From a virus (taxonomy: Duplodnaviria > Caudoviricetes): DNA of 33,340 nucleotides. The stretch's first letter is position 1, and the number at the start of each line of letters is the position of its first letter. The notes under the pieces are model-generated. The model saw nothing but the letters and a program-made list of their open reading frames with translations, was not told where the DNA came from and searched no databases. The stretch covers positions 1-33,340 of IMG/VR virus record IMGVR_UViG_3300035562_000038, one strand, 5' to 3'. Shown one piece after another: positions 8,483-17,697 of this stretch. The translations under genes and the position numbers were made by a program.

Positions 8483-10372
8483 TTAAAGGGACTCCATAAA
8501 GACGCGTATTTTCCTCGCCATTACCTGATGGCCGGCATCATTTGGGTGCAGCCCGTCCGGCTGCGTGCCGCCTGGCTGCGTAAAATAGTGCGCGTTGCCT
8601 GCGGGGATATACACCGGCAGATTACTCTCATGGTAAAGATCGAGGCAGGGGATAGAGTAATGCGCCGCGTATTGCTGAATTAACTCTGCAAGCTGCTCAA
8701 GCGTAAATCCTGACGCGTTATTGCTCGCATTGCTGCCGTAGCTTGTCAGGCGCGGGATAGGCGTCAATATTGCGATCTTTTTGTCGTAAAATTTGGTGAT
8801 AATGTCCCGGAGCAATCTATTTATGCATCCCGACACCGTCGCCGTTCCCTCGTCGAAAAGTGCGCCAAGCGGTTTTCGGCCTCCCACTTCGCCGAAATCG
8901 TTTGTACCCAAAAATATCACGACATAATCAGGGTTTTCTTTAATGGTGGCTGCATCCGCGTAGCGGTTATAAAATCCGCTGCCGCTGATCCCATAGTTTC
9001 TGATTTGCATCCCGCCAACAGCCTCGGCGATGTATTCGTGATAGTTTTTCTTTGTGCGGGGATTTTTGGCTGTAATGCTGTCGCCAAAATAGACCGCCTC
9101 TTTACCCGTTAAAATCGACGACTCGCCCAAACTTGCGATCATATCGCGGGCTTTGGCGTCGTACACCTCATGGCCGTTGATACTTTTCGCTTTCAGCGCG
9201 GGGCCTGTTACTGTCAATCCGGTGCGAATATCCCATTTTTGCAGTGGCAGCACGACGTTCATAAACGCAAATCGCGCCGGGCTGTCTGCCGGTATGAAGA
9301 ACGATCTGTAGCTCCCGCCGTTCTCCAGCTCAATCAGCCCCAGCGTGCTCCCCGTTAATGCGCTGTCAGTTTTCAATGCGACGACAAAGAAATCAGGGGC
9401 AAAGTCTGATGCATAGATCGTGTATTTTTTACCGGGGGTGACGGGGAAATACGTCAGTATTGCGCCCGGAGACGTCTGTATTTTCCCCGCGTCAGCGCCG
9501 AGCGCCCTGACAAAATAATTCACCTGGTCATTTTCCGGTGCGTACAGTTGCCCTCCATCCTCTTCAACAAATGCAAGACTGCTTTCGATCAGCGATTCAC
9601 GCGCCCAGTCATCGACAATGGGAATGCCGTTAACCTGATTGATTTGGTCTACTTCAACGGCGAGATTATCCCGAATATCAAATTTACCATTTGGGATGAC
9701 GGTATTAATAAAGGCAAATTTCGCCGGGCTGTCAGGTGGAACAGTAAACGACTTGCGATCACCGTTGTCTGTAATTGAAACTAATCCCAACGTATCACCG
9801 ATCAGTGAGCTATCCGTTTTCAGCGCGATAGCAAAATAATCAGACCGGTAATCGTCGGCCGTTACATTATAGGTCTGGCCGGTATAAACCGGGAAGCAGG
9901 CGACCGCCGTACCCAGTGAGGTTTGGATTTTTCCTGTATCTGGCCCGGTAGCCCTGACAAAATAATTGTTTGTCTCGCCTGTTTGGTCGTACAACCGGAC
10001 ACCCAACCACTGCTCAATATTCAGGATGGATTTGCCATTGCGCAGATAGTCATGGGTTCGTGTGACTGCGCCGTCCACATTTTCATAACGCCACGCCCAA
10101 ATATTACCGTTGCCCTTAACGGGGATAAATCGACGCTTTTCAACGCCGGCATTGATGGCATTTTGGGCGTCAGCTGCTGAGGCGTAAACACCCATATCAG
10201 CGAGAGCCAAATCACTGACGGCAGACACCTCGCGCTTTAGGTGTTGGGTACGGTTAGCCAGTTGCCCCGCCTGTTTGTTGACTGCGCCGTCTCGACCGCC
10301 GGCTACGCGCTCGCTGCGTGCGATCAAGTGGACTTCGTCTTCCCAGCGCTCGATCTCTGTGATTTTTGTCAT
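8483..10372 (-). CDS. Putative tailspike with SGNH/GDSL esterase domain and two tandem ~135-aa repeats
   Basis: N-terminal GGRDGAVNKQAGQLANRTQHLK fibre-anchor motif; SGNH blocks FGDSIT, GISGS, GTND, DGLHP; located between I and H. Confidence 0.8.
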   Translation of the reverse strand: MTKITEIERWEDEVHLIARSERVAGGRDGAVNKQAGQLANRTQHLKREVSAVSDLALADMGVYASAADAQNAINAGVEKRRFIPVKGNGNIWAWRYENVDGAVTRTHDYLRNGKSILNIEQWLGVRLYDQTGETNNYFVRATGPDTGKIQTSLGTAVACFPVYTGQTYNVTADDYRSDYFAIALKTDSSLIGDTLGLVSITDNGDRKSFTVPPDSPAKFAFINTVIPNGKFDIRDNLAVEVDQINQVNGIPIVDDWARESLIESSLAFVEEDGGQLYAPENDQVNYFVRALGADAGKIQTSPGAILTYFPVTPGKKYTIYASDFAPDFFVVALKTDSALTGSTLGLIELENGGSYRSFFIPADSPARFAFMNVVLPLQKWDIRTGLTVTGPALKAKSINGHEVYDAKARDMIASLGESSILTGKEAVYFGDSITAKNPRTKKNYHEYIAEAVGGMQIRNYGISGSGFYNRYADAATIKENPDYVVIFLGTNDFGEVGGRKPLGALFDEGTATVSGCINRLLRDIITKFYDKKIAILTPIPRLTSYGSNASNNASGFTLEQLAELIQQYAAHYSIPCLDLYHESNLPVYIPAGNAHYFTQPGGTQPDGLHPNDAGHQVMARKIRVFMESL

Positions 10373-10974
10373 TTAATAACCCCGGAATAATAGGCGTTGC
10401 CGTTATATCGTTGTGCGCCGTCATAAATAATTGAGTCGTCCGCGTCTACGTCCTGCGGATAAATTGTGATGATGTCACCGTGAGTGACGGTCGCACCGAT
10501 CGAGATGATGCCCGTAGTTCTGGTTGCGATGACTATTCCCGCAATGTGCCGGCTGACTGGCTTTGCATCACCAATCAAGCGATCCAGTTCTTTGACGATT
10601 TCGTCCGTGATCCCGACGTCGTTCACGTCAATGGTGAGGCGGAACGTGCCGCGCGGGTCGGCGATCTCCCACCACTCGGCGATCGACATTGAATAGCCCA
10701 TTGCCTCAATGACGCGCCGGATGGCGGCAACCGTCCCCTTTCGGCGATGTATGTAAAAGGCATCCGTCACGGCTTTGCGCTTCTCCGTCGCCGTCCATTT
10801 TTCGTCCCAGCGGTCTACCGAGAACGCCCAGGCCAGATAGGGTAAAAACTTTACCGGGCAGCGCGCCGGGTTCCACAGGTCACGCAGCGGGGCGCTTAGA
10901 TCGCTGATACCGGCGCACGCCTCCGCTGCGCGCCGCTCAAGCTGCGATGAACCAGGCGGCAACAGGCTATTCAT
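10369..10974 (-). CDS. I: Baseplate/tail protein I
   Basis: MNSLLPPGSS...LWNPARCPVKFLPYLAWAFSVDRWD...AKPVSRH. Confidence 0.95.
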   Translation of the reverse strand: MNSLLPPGSSQLERRAAEACAGISDLSAPLRDLWNPARCPVKFLPYLAWAFSVDRWDEKWTATEKRKAVTDAFYIHRRKGTVAAIRRVIEAMGYSMSIAEWWEIADPRGTFRLTIDVNDVGITDEIVKELDRLIGDAKPVSRHIAGIVIATRTTGIISIGATVTHGDIITIYPQDVDADDSIIYDGAQRYNGNAYYSGVIK

Positions 10975-11875
10975 CTGAACCGCCGATCCTGATGTGGTAA
11001 TCGGTGCAGTTGGCGGCCTGGGTACGATCAAGCACCACGTCAGCGAGTGGCGCGGCCAGTTCAACGCGCTGCACGCCCTGGGTATGCAGTGCGGCATAGA
11101 TGGCGGATAGCCGAATATCGCGGCCCAGCCGGCGCTGCTCGTTGATGTAGTTTTTTAGACGCAGCTCAGCATCGGCCATGATCGGCTCAATCGCCGGGCC
11201 GGGGTAAACGTAGAGCGTGGCATCAATTTGATAGTTAACAATTTTTGCAGACTGCACGGTCAGGCGGTCGGCCACCGGGCGGACTTCCTCGTCATTCAGC
11301 GCGGCGCTGACGGCGGCGAGCAGTTCCGGCGATGCCGTGCCGTCGCCGTCGCGGGATAGCACGCTGATGGTGACTTCTGCCGGTGCGGGGCTGATCGCCG
11401 AGGCGTCGGCGACTTTGCCGTCAGCGCTCTGCGCATGAAATTCATAGGCCCCGGTAGGGCCGGCGACGCTCATACCTTCGAACGCGGCAGGGATGCGCTG
11501 GCGCAGATCGGCATCGCTTTCCATCGTCGGCGGTACGGGTGGCACAGCACCCGGATCACCCTGATCGATCACCAATCGTTTTACGTCGTTGTTGGCGGCC
11601 AGTTGGTCTAGGTCGCTGCTCATGGCGTAGGCAACCATTACGGCCTGCGCCGCCTCATTGACGCGCTGGCGTAACAACACCTCACGGTAGGCGGATTCTT
11701 GCAGGACTTTGACGATCGGCTCGGACTCATAGCCCAGCGTGCGGCGCACTGCTTCCCGTTCTTCCTCCGGGTACAGGCTGATCAATCGCTCTTTACGCGC
11801 ATCAAAGAGCGTTTCATAGTCCAGCGCTTCAATGACATTGGGGCGGGGTAGCTGACTCAGGTCAATCGTCGCCAT
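10967..11875 (-). CDS. J: Baseplate protein J
   Basis: MATIDLSQLP...SVAGPTGAYEFHA...VRPVADR. Confidence 0.96.
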   Translation of the reverse strand: MATIDLSQLPRPNVIEALDYETLFDARKERLISLYPEEEREAVRRTLGYESEPIVKVLQESAYREVLLRQRVNEAAQAVMVAYAMSSDLDQLAANNDVKRLVIDQGDPGAVPPVPPTMESDADLRQRIPAAFEGMSVAGPTGAYEFHAQSADGKVADASAISPAPAEVTISVLSRDGDGTASPELLAAVSAALNDEEVRPVADRLTVQSAKIVNYQIDATLYVYPGPAIEPIMADAELRLKNYINEQRRLGRDIRLSAIYAALHTQGVQRVELAAPLADVVLDRTQAANCTDYHIRIGGSDE

Positions 11876-12222
11876 TATTGCCCCCTGATCGGTAATGAAA
11901 ATTGAACACGGCCGGCGGTATCGGTTCGGTTGCCGTCTAGGTCAACAACCATTTCCCCGTCCATGTCCGATGTGATGTTGACGGCGGTCAGGGATATGCG
12001 GTCTTCCCAGCGCAGCACCGCGCCATAAACAGCGGCCATCATCTGAAGCTTGAGCGCCGGATTTTGCGGCTGGTCGATCAGGGCCGACAGCTGCGAGCCG
12101 TATTTGCGACGCATGACGCGGCTACCGACGGGGGTGATCAAAATGTCGCTGACAGACTGGCGGATGTGGTTGATCTCGCTGATAGCCTCGCCGCTGTTAC
12201 GGTTCATGCCGAGATACATCAT
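11875..12222 (-). CDS. W: Baseplate protein W (gp25-like)
   Basis: YLGMNRNSG...HIRQSVSDILITPVGSRVMRRKYGS. Confidence 0.95.
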   Translation of the reverse strand: MMYLGMNRNSGEAISEINHIRQSVSDILITPVGSRVMRRKYGSQLSALIDQPQNPALKLQMMAAVYGAVLRWEDRISLTAVNITSDMDGEMVVDLDGNRTDTAGRVQFSLPIRGQ

Positions 12223-12857
12223 GATGTTGGCCCCCCGGTGTTGCCGCCGCCGTTCTGAACATTGCCGTGATAATGCAGATGGACAATCACGCCGTTGGAG
12301 TTAAAGCCTCCGCCGGTGTGGGTGATATTGCCGTACATCTCGCCGCCGTATTTCAGCAGCAGCGATCCGGCGATCAGCTTGTTGGTGCATTCCACGACGG
12401 GCGCATCCAGCGTGATCATCTGGCCGGCGGTAACGACGACGACGTTTGACGTGGCGCTGATTTTCTCAGCGGCCTGGATATTGGCGTATTTCATGCCGCG
12501 CGCCGTTAGCGTGCTGTTTTCCGGCTCGTACTCAATGACCGCGCCGTCGGGAAAATCAATGCGGACGGCGTCAGGTGAAGCGGATGGCGCAGGGTGCTGA
12601 TCGGAGAACACAGCCGGCAGCACAAAGCCGGTGGTCATCTCACCGAAAATGCTCAACACGATCACCTGTTCGCCTACCGACGGGGCCGACCAGAAGCGCA
12701 CACGGCCGGCGCGCAGCGTCAGCCAGTTCAGCCAGTCGGTTTCATTTGCGCCGGTTAATACGCGGCAAAGGCCTTTCGCCGTATCCACGTCGGACACGGT
12801 GCCGATGCGCACAATGTTAGCCAAGCGGCGGCGTAGTTCAGTGAGGATTGCATTCAT
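12219..12857 (-). CDS. V: Baseplate spike protein V
   Basis: LANIVRIGTV...TDWLNW...WSAPSVGEQV; C-terminal His motif HLHYH. Confidence 0.95.
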   Translation of the reverse strand: MNAILTELRRRLANIVRIGTVSDVDTAKGLCRVLTGANETDWLNWLTLRAGRVRFWSAPSVGEQVIVLSIFGEMTTGFVLPAVFSDQHPAPSASPDAVRIDFPDGAVIEYEPENSTLTARGMKYANIQAAEKISATSNVVVVTAGQMITLDAPVVECTNKLIAGSLLLKYGGEMYGNITHTGGGFNSNGVIVHLHYHGNVQNGGGNTGGPTS

Positions 12858-12903
12858 ACCGCCAGTGTGACGCGTGCGGGCGCGGGGGGCATGCGGTGCG
12901 CCT

Positions 12904-12921
12904 TGTGCCATCGCTGGCACA
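12904..12921 (-). promoter_or_regulatory. Ogr-binding box of late promoter PV
   Basis: TGT-GCCATCGCTGGC-ACA centred about 55 bp from the V ATG, consistent with the near-leaderless V mRNA known in P2; shares flanking GCATGCGGTG with the PF box. Confidence 0.85.
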
Positions 12922-12938
12922 AGGCGGCGGGGATGTAG

Positions 12939-13394
12939 TTATTTGGCTATGTGGGTCAAGGCCAGATCCTTGATCCATTCGATATCGTCGTCAGTAAAGC
13001 CGAGCAGTTGCCGGCGCTCATAACGCACTGTCGGGCCGTTCCGGCTGACTTTATCACGCAGGCCGTAATGGTGGACGGCGGACAAATTCGTCACGCCGGC
13101 GGCGAAGGTGACGGCGGCTTCATCGGGGCCGGATTCCGTTTTCATAAAGCGTGCGGTGCGCAAGCGCGTGAACATCTTGCGGCGGATGCGGCCCTGTTTG
13201 TCCCGGCGTTTGTTCTTACGCGGGACGTAGGGGGAACCGTCCGGGTTTTTTTGCTCTTGGATATGCTTTTGCTGGCGCTGGCGCAATTCTTTCGCCACCT
13301 GGCGGGTGAATATGCGCCGCGACTGCGGGGAAAGCTGTTGGAGCAAGACAGAAAGGGTATCGTCCAGCGTCTGGAAATCGTCTAAGCGGCCCAT
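12939..13394 (-). CDS. S: Tail completion protein S
   Basis: QKNPDGSPYVPRK...KMFTRLRTAR...VHHYGLRD...RQLLGF. Confidence 0.93.
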   Translation of the reverse strand: MGRLDDFQTLDDTLSVLLQQLSPQSRRIFTRQVAKELRQRQQKHIQEQKNPDGSPYVPRKNKRRDKQGRIRRKMFTRLRTARFMKTESGPDEAAVTFAAGVTNLSAVHHYGLRDKVSRNGPTVRYERRQLLGFTDDDIEWIKDLALTHIAK

Positions 13395-13849
13395 GCTGCC
13401 ACCTTCCGGCCCTGCATCCAGATTTCAAACTCGGTGACGTTGTTCGGCGGCGGTGGCGGTTCCTCGGCGTGGCTGACGTGCAGCTTGCCGTTCTCCTCTT
13501 TGACGATCACGCGCTCCGTCAGTTTCAGATCAATGCTGATATCCCTCACCCCGTTATTCAAGAAATCCGCTTCGAAGGTGAAGCCGTCGCCGCGCTTGTC
13601 CGGGTTCGCCATAATGTCCGGCTGATTGGTGCGTAGCCAATGCAGAATAGGGACGATCAACAGATTGGCGTCATCGGCGTAGTTGGTCACTATCATGTTG
13701 AGGGTGTATTGATACTCAAACGACAGCGACGGGGCGAAGGTGCTGTAAATCGTGCCCTTATCAATAAAAATATGCAGAAAATCAGGGTTTTCTCTGATGT
13801 GATTGACGGCGTCGCCCAGGGCGGCGCGCAGGGAGTCGGGTTTTAACAT
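13382..13849 (-). CDS. R: Tail completion protein R
   Basis: MLKPDSLRAAL...SFEYQYTL...WLRTNQPD...LKLTERV. Confidence 0.93.
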   Translation of the reverse strand: MLKPDSLRAALGDAVNHIRENPDFLHIFIDKGTIYSTFAPSLSFEYQYTLNMIVTNYADDANLLIVPILHWLRTNQPDIMANPDKRGDGFTFEADFLNNGVRDISIDLKLTERVIVKEENGKLHVSHAEEPPPPPNNVTEFEIWMQGRKVAAWAA

Positions 13850-13857
13850 GGCAGCTC

Positions 13858-14295
13858 CTACGGTTGCGTCAGGCAGACGTCGCGAATGTAATCTTGCAGC
13901 CCGGCTATCTGGCTATTGGCGGTTTCTATTCGCTTTCTGAGGGTGAAATAATCCCGTTGAGCGGCGTCAGTAAGTCGGGCGGCGGTTGCATCAGCCATGC
14001 CGGCGGTACCGGAGGTCGGGCATGAGGCGTTGAGGCGCAGCCGGCGGCGGCCAGCATCAATATCGCGTTGCAGATCATCAATTTTATTTTTTGCATTGGT
14101 CAGCTCTCGGCTTCGGTTTTCATCGATGCTGGCGACGGCTATTTGGGTTTTATTCTGCCACTCGATCTGGCCGGCCAGTCTCTTGTTGTCGCCTTGCAAC
14201 GTTTCGCGTTCCTGGCGTAGCCCCTGATTGCTGTAAACCAGAAACGCCAGCGCACAAAGCGCGATCAGCGTGATGCCGGCGGCCAGGCGGGTCAT
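13858..14295 (-). CDS. Rz: i-spanin, lambda Rz family
   Basis: N-terminal TM helix; GRRRLRLNASCP...ARLTDAAQRDYFTLR...LQDYIRDVC as in lambda Rz. Confidence 0.9.
   Translation of the reverse strand: MTRLAAGITLIALCALAFLVYSNQGLRQERETLQGDNKRLAGQIEWQNKTQIAVASIDENRSRELTNAKNKIDDLQRDIDAGRRRLRLNASCPTSGTAGMADATAARLTDAAQRDYFTLRKRIETANSQIAGLQDYIRDVCLTQP
13926..14096 (-). CDS. Rz1: o-spanin lipoprotein nested in Rz (56 aa)
   Basis: Hand translation MQKIKLMICNAILMLAAAGCASTPHARPPVPPAWLMQPPPDLLTPLNGIISPSESE*; lipobox AAGC; close to lambda Rz1. Not in the ORF track. Confidence 0.92.
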   Translation of the reverse strand: MQKIKLMICNAILMLAAAGCASTPHARPPVPPAWLMQPPPDLLTPLNGIISPSESE

Positions 14296-14777
14296 TTTTG
14301 CCCCCAGGTGCAGACCTCGTGTTCAATATCGCGGCGATTCATTAAGCCTTTCCACGGCTTACCGCCGGCATAAATCCACTGGCGCAGGCCGTCGCATGCG
14401 CCGGCATAGTCGCCGGCGTTCAGCTTGCGCAGCAGGGACGAGCGCTCAAAGGCGCTGACGCCTACGTTATAGCTGAAACTTATCAGTGCGGCTTTTTGGT
14501 ATTCCGTCGCCGGCACCTTTACAGAACGATTGACCGATCGCGCAAAGGGGATCAGGTCTTTGTCCAGAATTGCCTTGCATTCCGCCTGGGTGTAGCGCTT
14601 GCGCGGCACGATATCGGCCCCGGTGTGGCCGTAACATACGGTCAGTACGCCGGCCACGTCACGATAGGGTTCAAATCTGACGCCCTCAAGCTCTGGGATC
14701 ATCAACGTGGCGATCGCCAGCGCGCCAGTACCGGCCGCACCGAACAGCTTTTTACGCAGGGCAGATGACATTGCCAT
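14292..14777 (-). CDS. SAR endolysin (GH24, phage 21 R-like)
   Basis: Gly/Ala-rich N-terminal anchor GAAGTGALAIATLMI; catalytic E-x8-D-x5-T (EGVRFEPYRDVAGVLT). Confidence 0.9.
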   Translation of the reverse strand: MAMSSALRKKLFGAAGTGALAIATLMIPELEGVRFEPYRDVAGVLTVCYGHTGADIVPRKRYTQAECKAILDKDLIPFARSVNRSVKVPATEYQKAALISFSYNVGVSAFERSSLLRKLNAGDYAGACDGLRQWIYAGGKPWKGLMNRRDIEHEVCTWGQK

Positions 14778-15043
14778 TATTCGGCTTCCTTATTAAAAAG
14801 CCCGCGTTTCGCCGGCGGCTCGGTAATGATCCCGGCGCTGACGCCTTTCTCGTAGGCCCGCGTGCGCCGCCAGTCGAAATAGGTTTGCGTGAGATAGGTG
14901 ATCAGGCCCAGAAGAAAACCGCCGATCACGGCTACCTGATTCCAGTCAACGTGGCGAAACCAGTCGATCAGCCCGCCAGTGCATAAGCCGCCGGCAATGC
15001 AATAGTTAATACCGGCGGCAATCTTTTCAGTCATGAGTTTCAT
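14777..15043 (-). CDS. Pinholin-like holin with dual-start motif (phage 21 S-like)
   Basis: MKLM start, two TM segments, LLGLITYLTQTYF, basic tail; directly upstream of the SAR endolysin. Confidence 0.8.
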   Translation of the reverse strand: MKLMTEKIAAGINYCIAGGLCTGGLIDWFRHVDWNQVAVIGGFLLGLITYLTQTYFDWRRTRAYEKGVSAGIITEPPAKRGLFNKEAE

Positions 15044-15066
15044 TCTCCACCTCCCGCGCGCTGGGA

Positions 15067-15270
15067 TTAATCCCACAGTTGCAGGGTCTGAACCGATTCG
15101 GATTGAACAATGTCCGGCATGTCGACCGGGTAGCCGTGCGGCAATATCGGCCCCTGGCCTGCCAGACCTGGATTATTCAGCAATACTTGCTCGGTCACGT
15201 CCTGCGTCTTGCCGTAGTAGCGCTGGCACAGCGCATCAACGGTGTCGCCCTGGTGTGCATACACCTTCAT
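15067..15270 (-). CDS. X: Tail protein X
   Basis: MKVYAHQGDTVDALCQRYYG...NPGLA...LQLWD. Confidence 0.95.
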   Translation of the reverse strand: MKVYAHQGDTVDALCQRYYGKTQDVTEQVLLNNPGLAGQGPILPHGYPVDMPDIVQSESVQTLQLWD

Positions 15271-15791
15271 CAGATCAGCTCGACCGTCATGCGCGACAGC
15301 GATTGCAGATCATTGATGGCCCAATCTGCATCGCGGCGGAGATCATCGATCGACGGTTCGATAGCGTCGGCGCGCTTTGAACCGGATGCCGTGGCGTCGA
15401 AGCTGCGAAAACGCTCGGTAACGCTGGCCTGAGTCAGGCAGAACACGGCGCGGCGATAAAGCTGCACGCGGGTGCTCTCGTCGTCCAGGTGATCGGCGGG
15501 AACCTGTTCCAGTTCGCTGTAGCCCGCGCGCTGTTGCTGCTTGCGCCAGCCTGCCAGCCGATCGTTGACTTCGTTGATGGCGTTCCGCGCCGCCTCAAGC
15601 AGGCGCGGCTGGGTGATGGTGCCGTCCTGCCGCATGTCTTCGCGGTACTGTTTCAGGTCGATATCCGGCCAAAAGTCCGTATTTTTGATGACGGTGCTGG
15701 CCGGCGGCGTCGGCTGCTTGGCGATGTCGATTTCCAGCGCATTGCTGGGTTTCTTGTCACCGGGGGCGGGTTCTATTGCGATGCTGACCAT
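15270..15791 (-). CDS. L: Head completion/stabilisation protein L
   Basis: IKNTDFWPDIDL...LYRRAVF...RRDADWAI...VELI. Confidence 0.92.
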   Translation of the reverse strand: MVSIAIEPAPGDKKPSNALEIDIAKQPTPPASTVIKNTDFWPDIDLKQYREDMRQDGTITQPRLLEAARNAINEVNDRLAGWRKQQQRAGYSELEQVPADHLDDESTRVQLYRRAVFCLTQASVTERFRSFDATASGSKRADAIEPSIDDLRRDADWAINDLQSLSRMTVELI

Positions 15792-15882
15792 ACGTTTTCC
15801 TGTAGGTGGGCGGTGGACGGGAGCGTTGATGCGGTTTAAACCTGTCGCGGCTCCCGTGCCGCCCTCGCCGGGGGCGATTCGG

Positions 15883-16539
15883 TTAACTTTCTGCCTGAAT
15901 GACTTTTTCCAGCTGCTTGATATCCGTTTTTACGCCGGAGTTTTCATCTTTCAGCAGGGCTTTTTTCAGCATGTCCAGTGCAAGCACGGCGTCGCCGTCC
16001 TGTCGCAATGCATAGCCAACAAACTTGAACAGACGGGCTTTCACCCGATCTGGCATGTCCTGATTTGCCAGCAGTTGCTGCGCGCGTTGCAGCTGCGCCG
16101 TGTTCAGTGGCCGGCCAGCGGAAAGATCGCGCTGTGCAGCGGCGGCGATCTCTTCAGCGAGCAGACAACAGGTCGAGCGGTCGAAACCGTCGGGCGCAAC
16201 TAGGTCATGCCGAATGGCGTACTCGCCAATATCAAGGGCATATTCCAGGTTGCCAATATCCAGAAACCAGACCAGCACACGCATCAGGATCGCATCCTGC
16301 CGGCCAGCGTTGCTTTGCAGCACACCGGCCACCCACGGCATGTAGGTTGGCAGCATGCCGCGCTTCAACTCGGCTTTGGTTTCGTGTGATTCGACGCCGC
16401 TCAGCCGCGCCAGATCCTGCTGCATCTTGAACAGCAACAGGTCGTAATTGCCCAGATGGCTCAGGCTTGCCGCCTCATCCAGTGAGGCGGACTGCTGTGC
16501 GGCAATGTAGTGCTTGTGTCTGCGTGCCGGGCTGCTCAT
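15883..16539 (-). CDS. M: Terminase small (endonuclease-annotated) subunit M
   Basis: MSSPARRH...YMPWVAGVL...QDAILMRVLVWFLDIG...DMPDRVKARLFK...GVKTDI. Confidence 0.94.
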   Translation of the reverse strand: MSSPARRHKHYIAAQQSASLDEAASLSHLGNYDLLLFKMQQDLARLSGVESHETKAELKRGMLPTYMPWVAGVLQSNAGRQDAILMRVLVWFLDIGNLEYALDIGEYAIRHDLVAPDGFDRSTCCLLAEEIAAAAQRDLSAGRPLNTAQLQRAQQLLANQDMPDRVKARLFKFVGYALRQDGDAVLALDMLKKALLKDENSGVKTDIKQLEKVIQAES

Positions 16540-16542
16540 GGA

Positions 16543-17637
16543 TTAGCCCTCCGGGTTTTCCGTTTGTTGCTGCTCTGGCTGCTGGCCGGCTGGCGCTGGG
16601 GCTTTCGCCTTCAGGATCTGGATGTTTTCGATCAGCGCCGCGCCTTCGTAGTCTTCAACGACATAGGCTTCGTTGACCGACTCAAAGTTATCGATGCGGT
16701 CGCGTTTCGGGTTGTCGATGATTGCGCGGCGGCGGGTGCCGTCTTGCCAATAAATCGACAGGTTATCCAGTCTGGTGATCAGGATGGTGTTGTCCGGGAT
16801 GAACGGGACGCGCATCGCTTGCAGACCGCCCAGCCGTTTCTGGCTGATGATGATATCGGCGGCCAGGGCTTCGCTGTTCTCCTGCTTTTTGTTCACCAGC
16901 GGGAAATATTTATCTGCCAGCAGAGAACGGCCGACGATGGCGACAAGCTCGGTATCGTCCTGATACCACGGGGCGATCAGCTCATTGACGGCATCCATTA
17001 CCAGCGCGTCCAGATTTTCATAGTCGCCAGTGTCGCCGATGCGGATTTTTTCCGACACGACGCTGCCATCCTCGCCCAGCACCTTATCCATTACCTGCTC
17101 CGGCGCACCTTTGCGGATTTTTTCCAGCCAGCCGATGTTAACGTCCTGCAACAGTTTGTTGACGGTGATATCCGACGTTTTGGCGCGCTTGATACCGTTA
17201 AAACCGATCATGATGCGGTCGAGGCCCTGACGCTTCACAATCTGATCCCGGATACGGGTCTGAAAGTCCGCGAATTTGGCCCACATATCCAGCTTGGAAT
17301 ATTTCAGCGCGGTGTCGAAGTTGGTTTGCGTACACATGTAACCGATTTCGTCCAGGGTGGTTGGATCGATCGGTTCGCGGTCTTTTTCATCGGTGTTGGT
17401 CGTACTGGCGACGGGGCGGTCAATGCCCAGGCCGAGTTTGGATCCGCTTTGCTCGTCAACAGGATAGATGTTGATCAGCTGTAAAAAGCCGCTGCTTTCC
17501 TGAATCTTGCTTTCCAGTCGCTGCGTTATCGTCGGCTCTACGGTGAATTTTGCCGCAACGTCTTCAGGGTCGATGTGGTTCAGGTTTGCCACCTGAGTTA
17601 GCAACTTTTTGTACTGCTTACGGGTATTCGGTTTCAT
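16543..17637 (-). CDS. N: Major capsid protein N
   Basis: KFTVEPTITQRLE...LDRIMIGFNG...LLQDVNIGWL...NLSIYWQ. Confidence 0.97.
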   Translation of the reverse strand: MKPNTRKQYKKLLTQVANLNHIDPEDVAAKFTVEPTITQRLESKIQESSGFLQLINIYPVDEQSGSKLGLGIDRPVASTTNTDEKDREPIDPTTLDEIGYMCTQTNFDTALKYSKLDMWAKFADFQTRIRDQIVKRQGLDRIMIGFNGIKRAKTSDITVNKLLQDVNIGWLEKIRKGAPEQVMDKVLGEDGSVVSEKIRIGDTGDYENLDALVMDAVNELIAPWYQDDTELVAIVGRSLLADKYFPLVNKKQENSEALAADIIISQKRLGGLQAMRVPFIPDNTILITRLDNLSIYWQDGTRRRAIIDNPKRDRIDNFESVNEAYVVEDYEGAALIENIQILKAKAPAPAGQQPEQQQTENPEG

Positions 17638-17697
17638 TGATTATTCCTTGTTCCGGTCGTTTATGTCGATGCTGTGCCTGTTTTCGTCTTTAACCCG

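Noticed and set aside
15807-15865. Hairpin between M and L as a novel RNA
   Set aside because: A similar GC-rich stem is, as I recall, typical of the M-L gap in P2-like phages; nothing further supports novelty.
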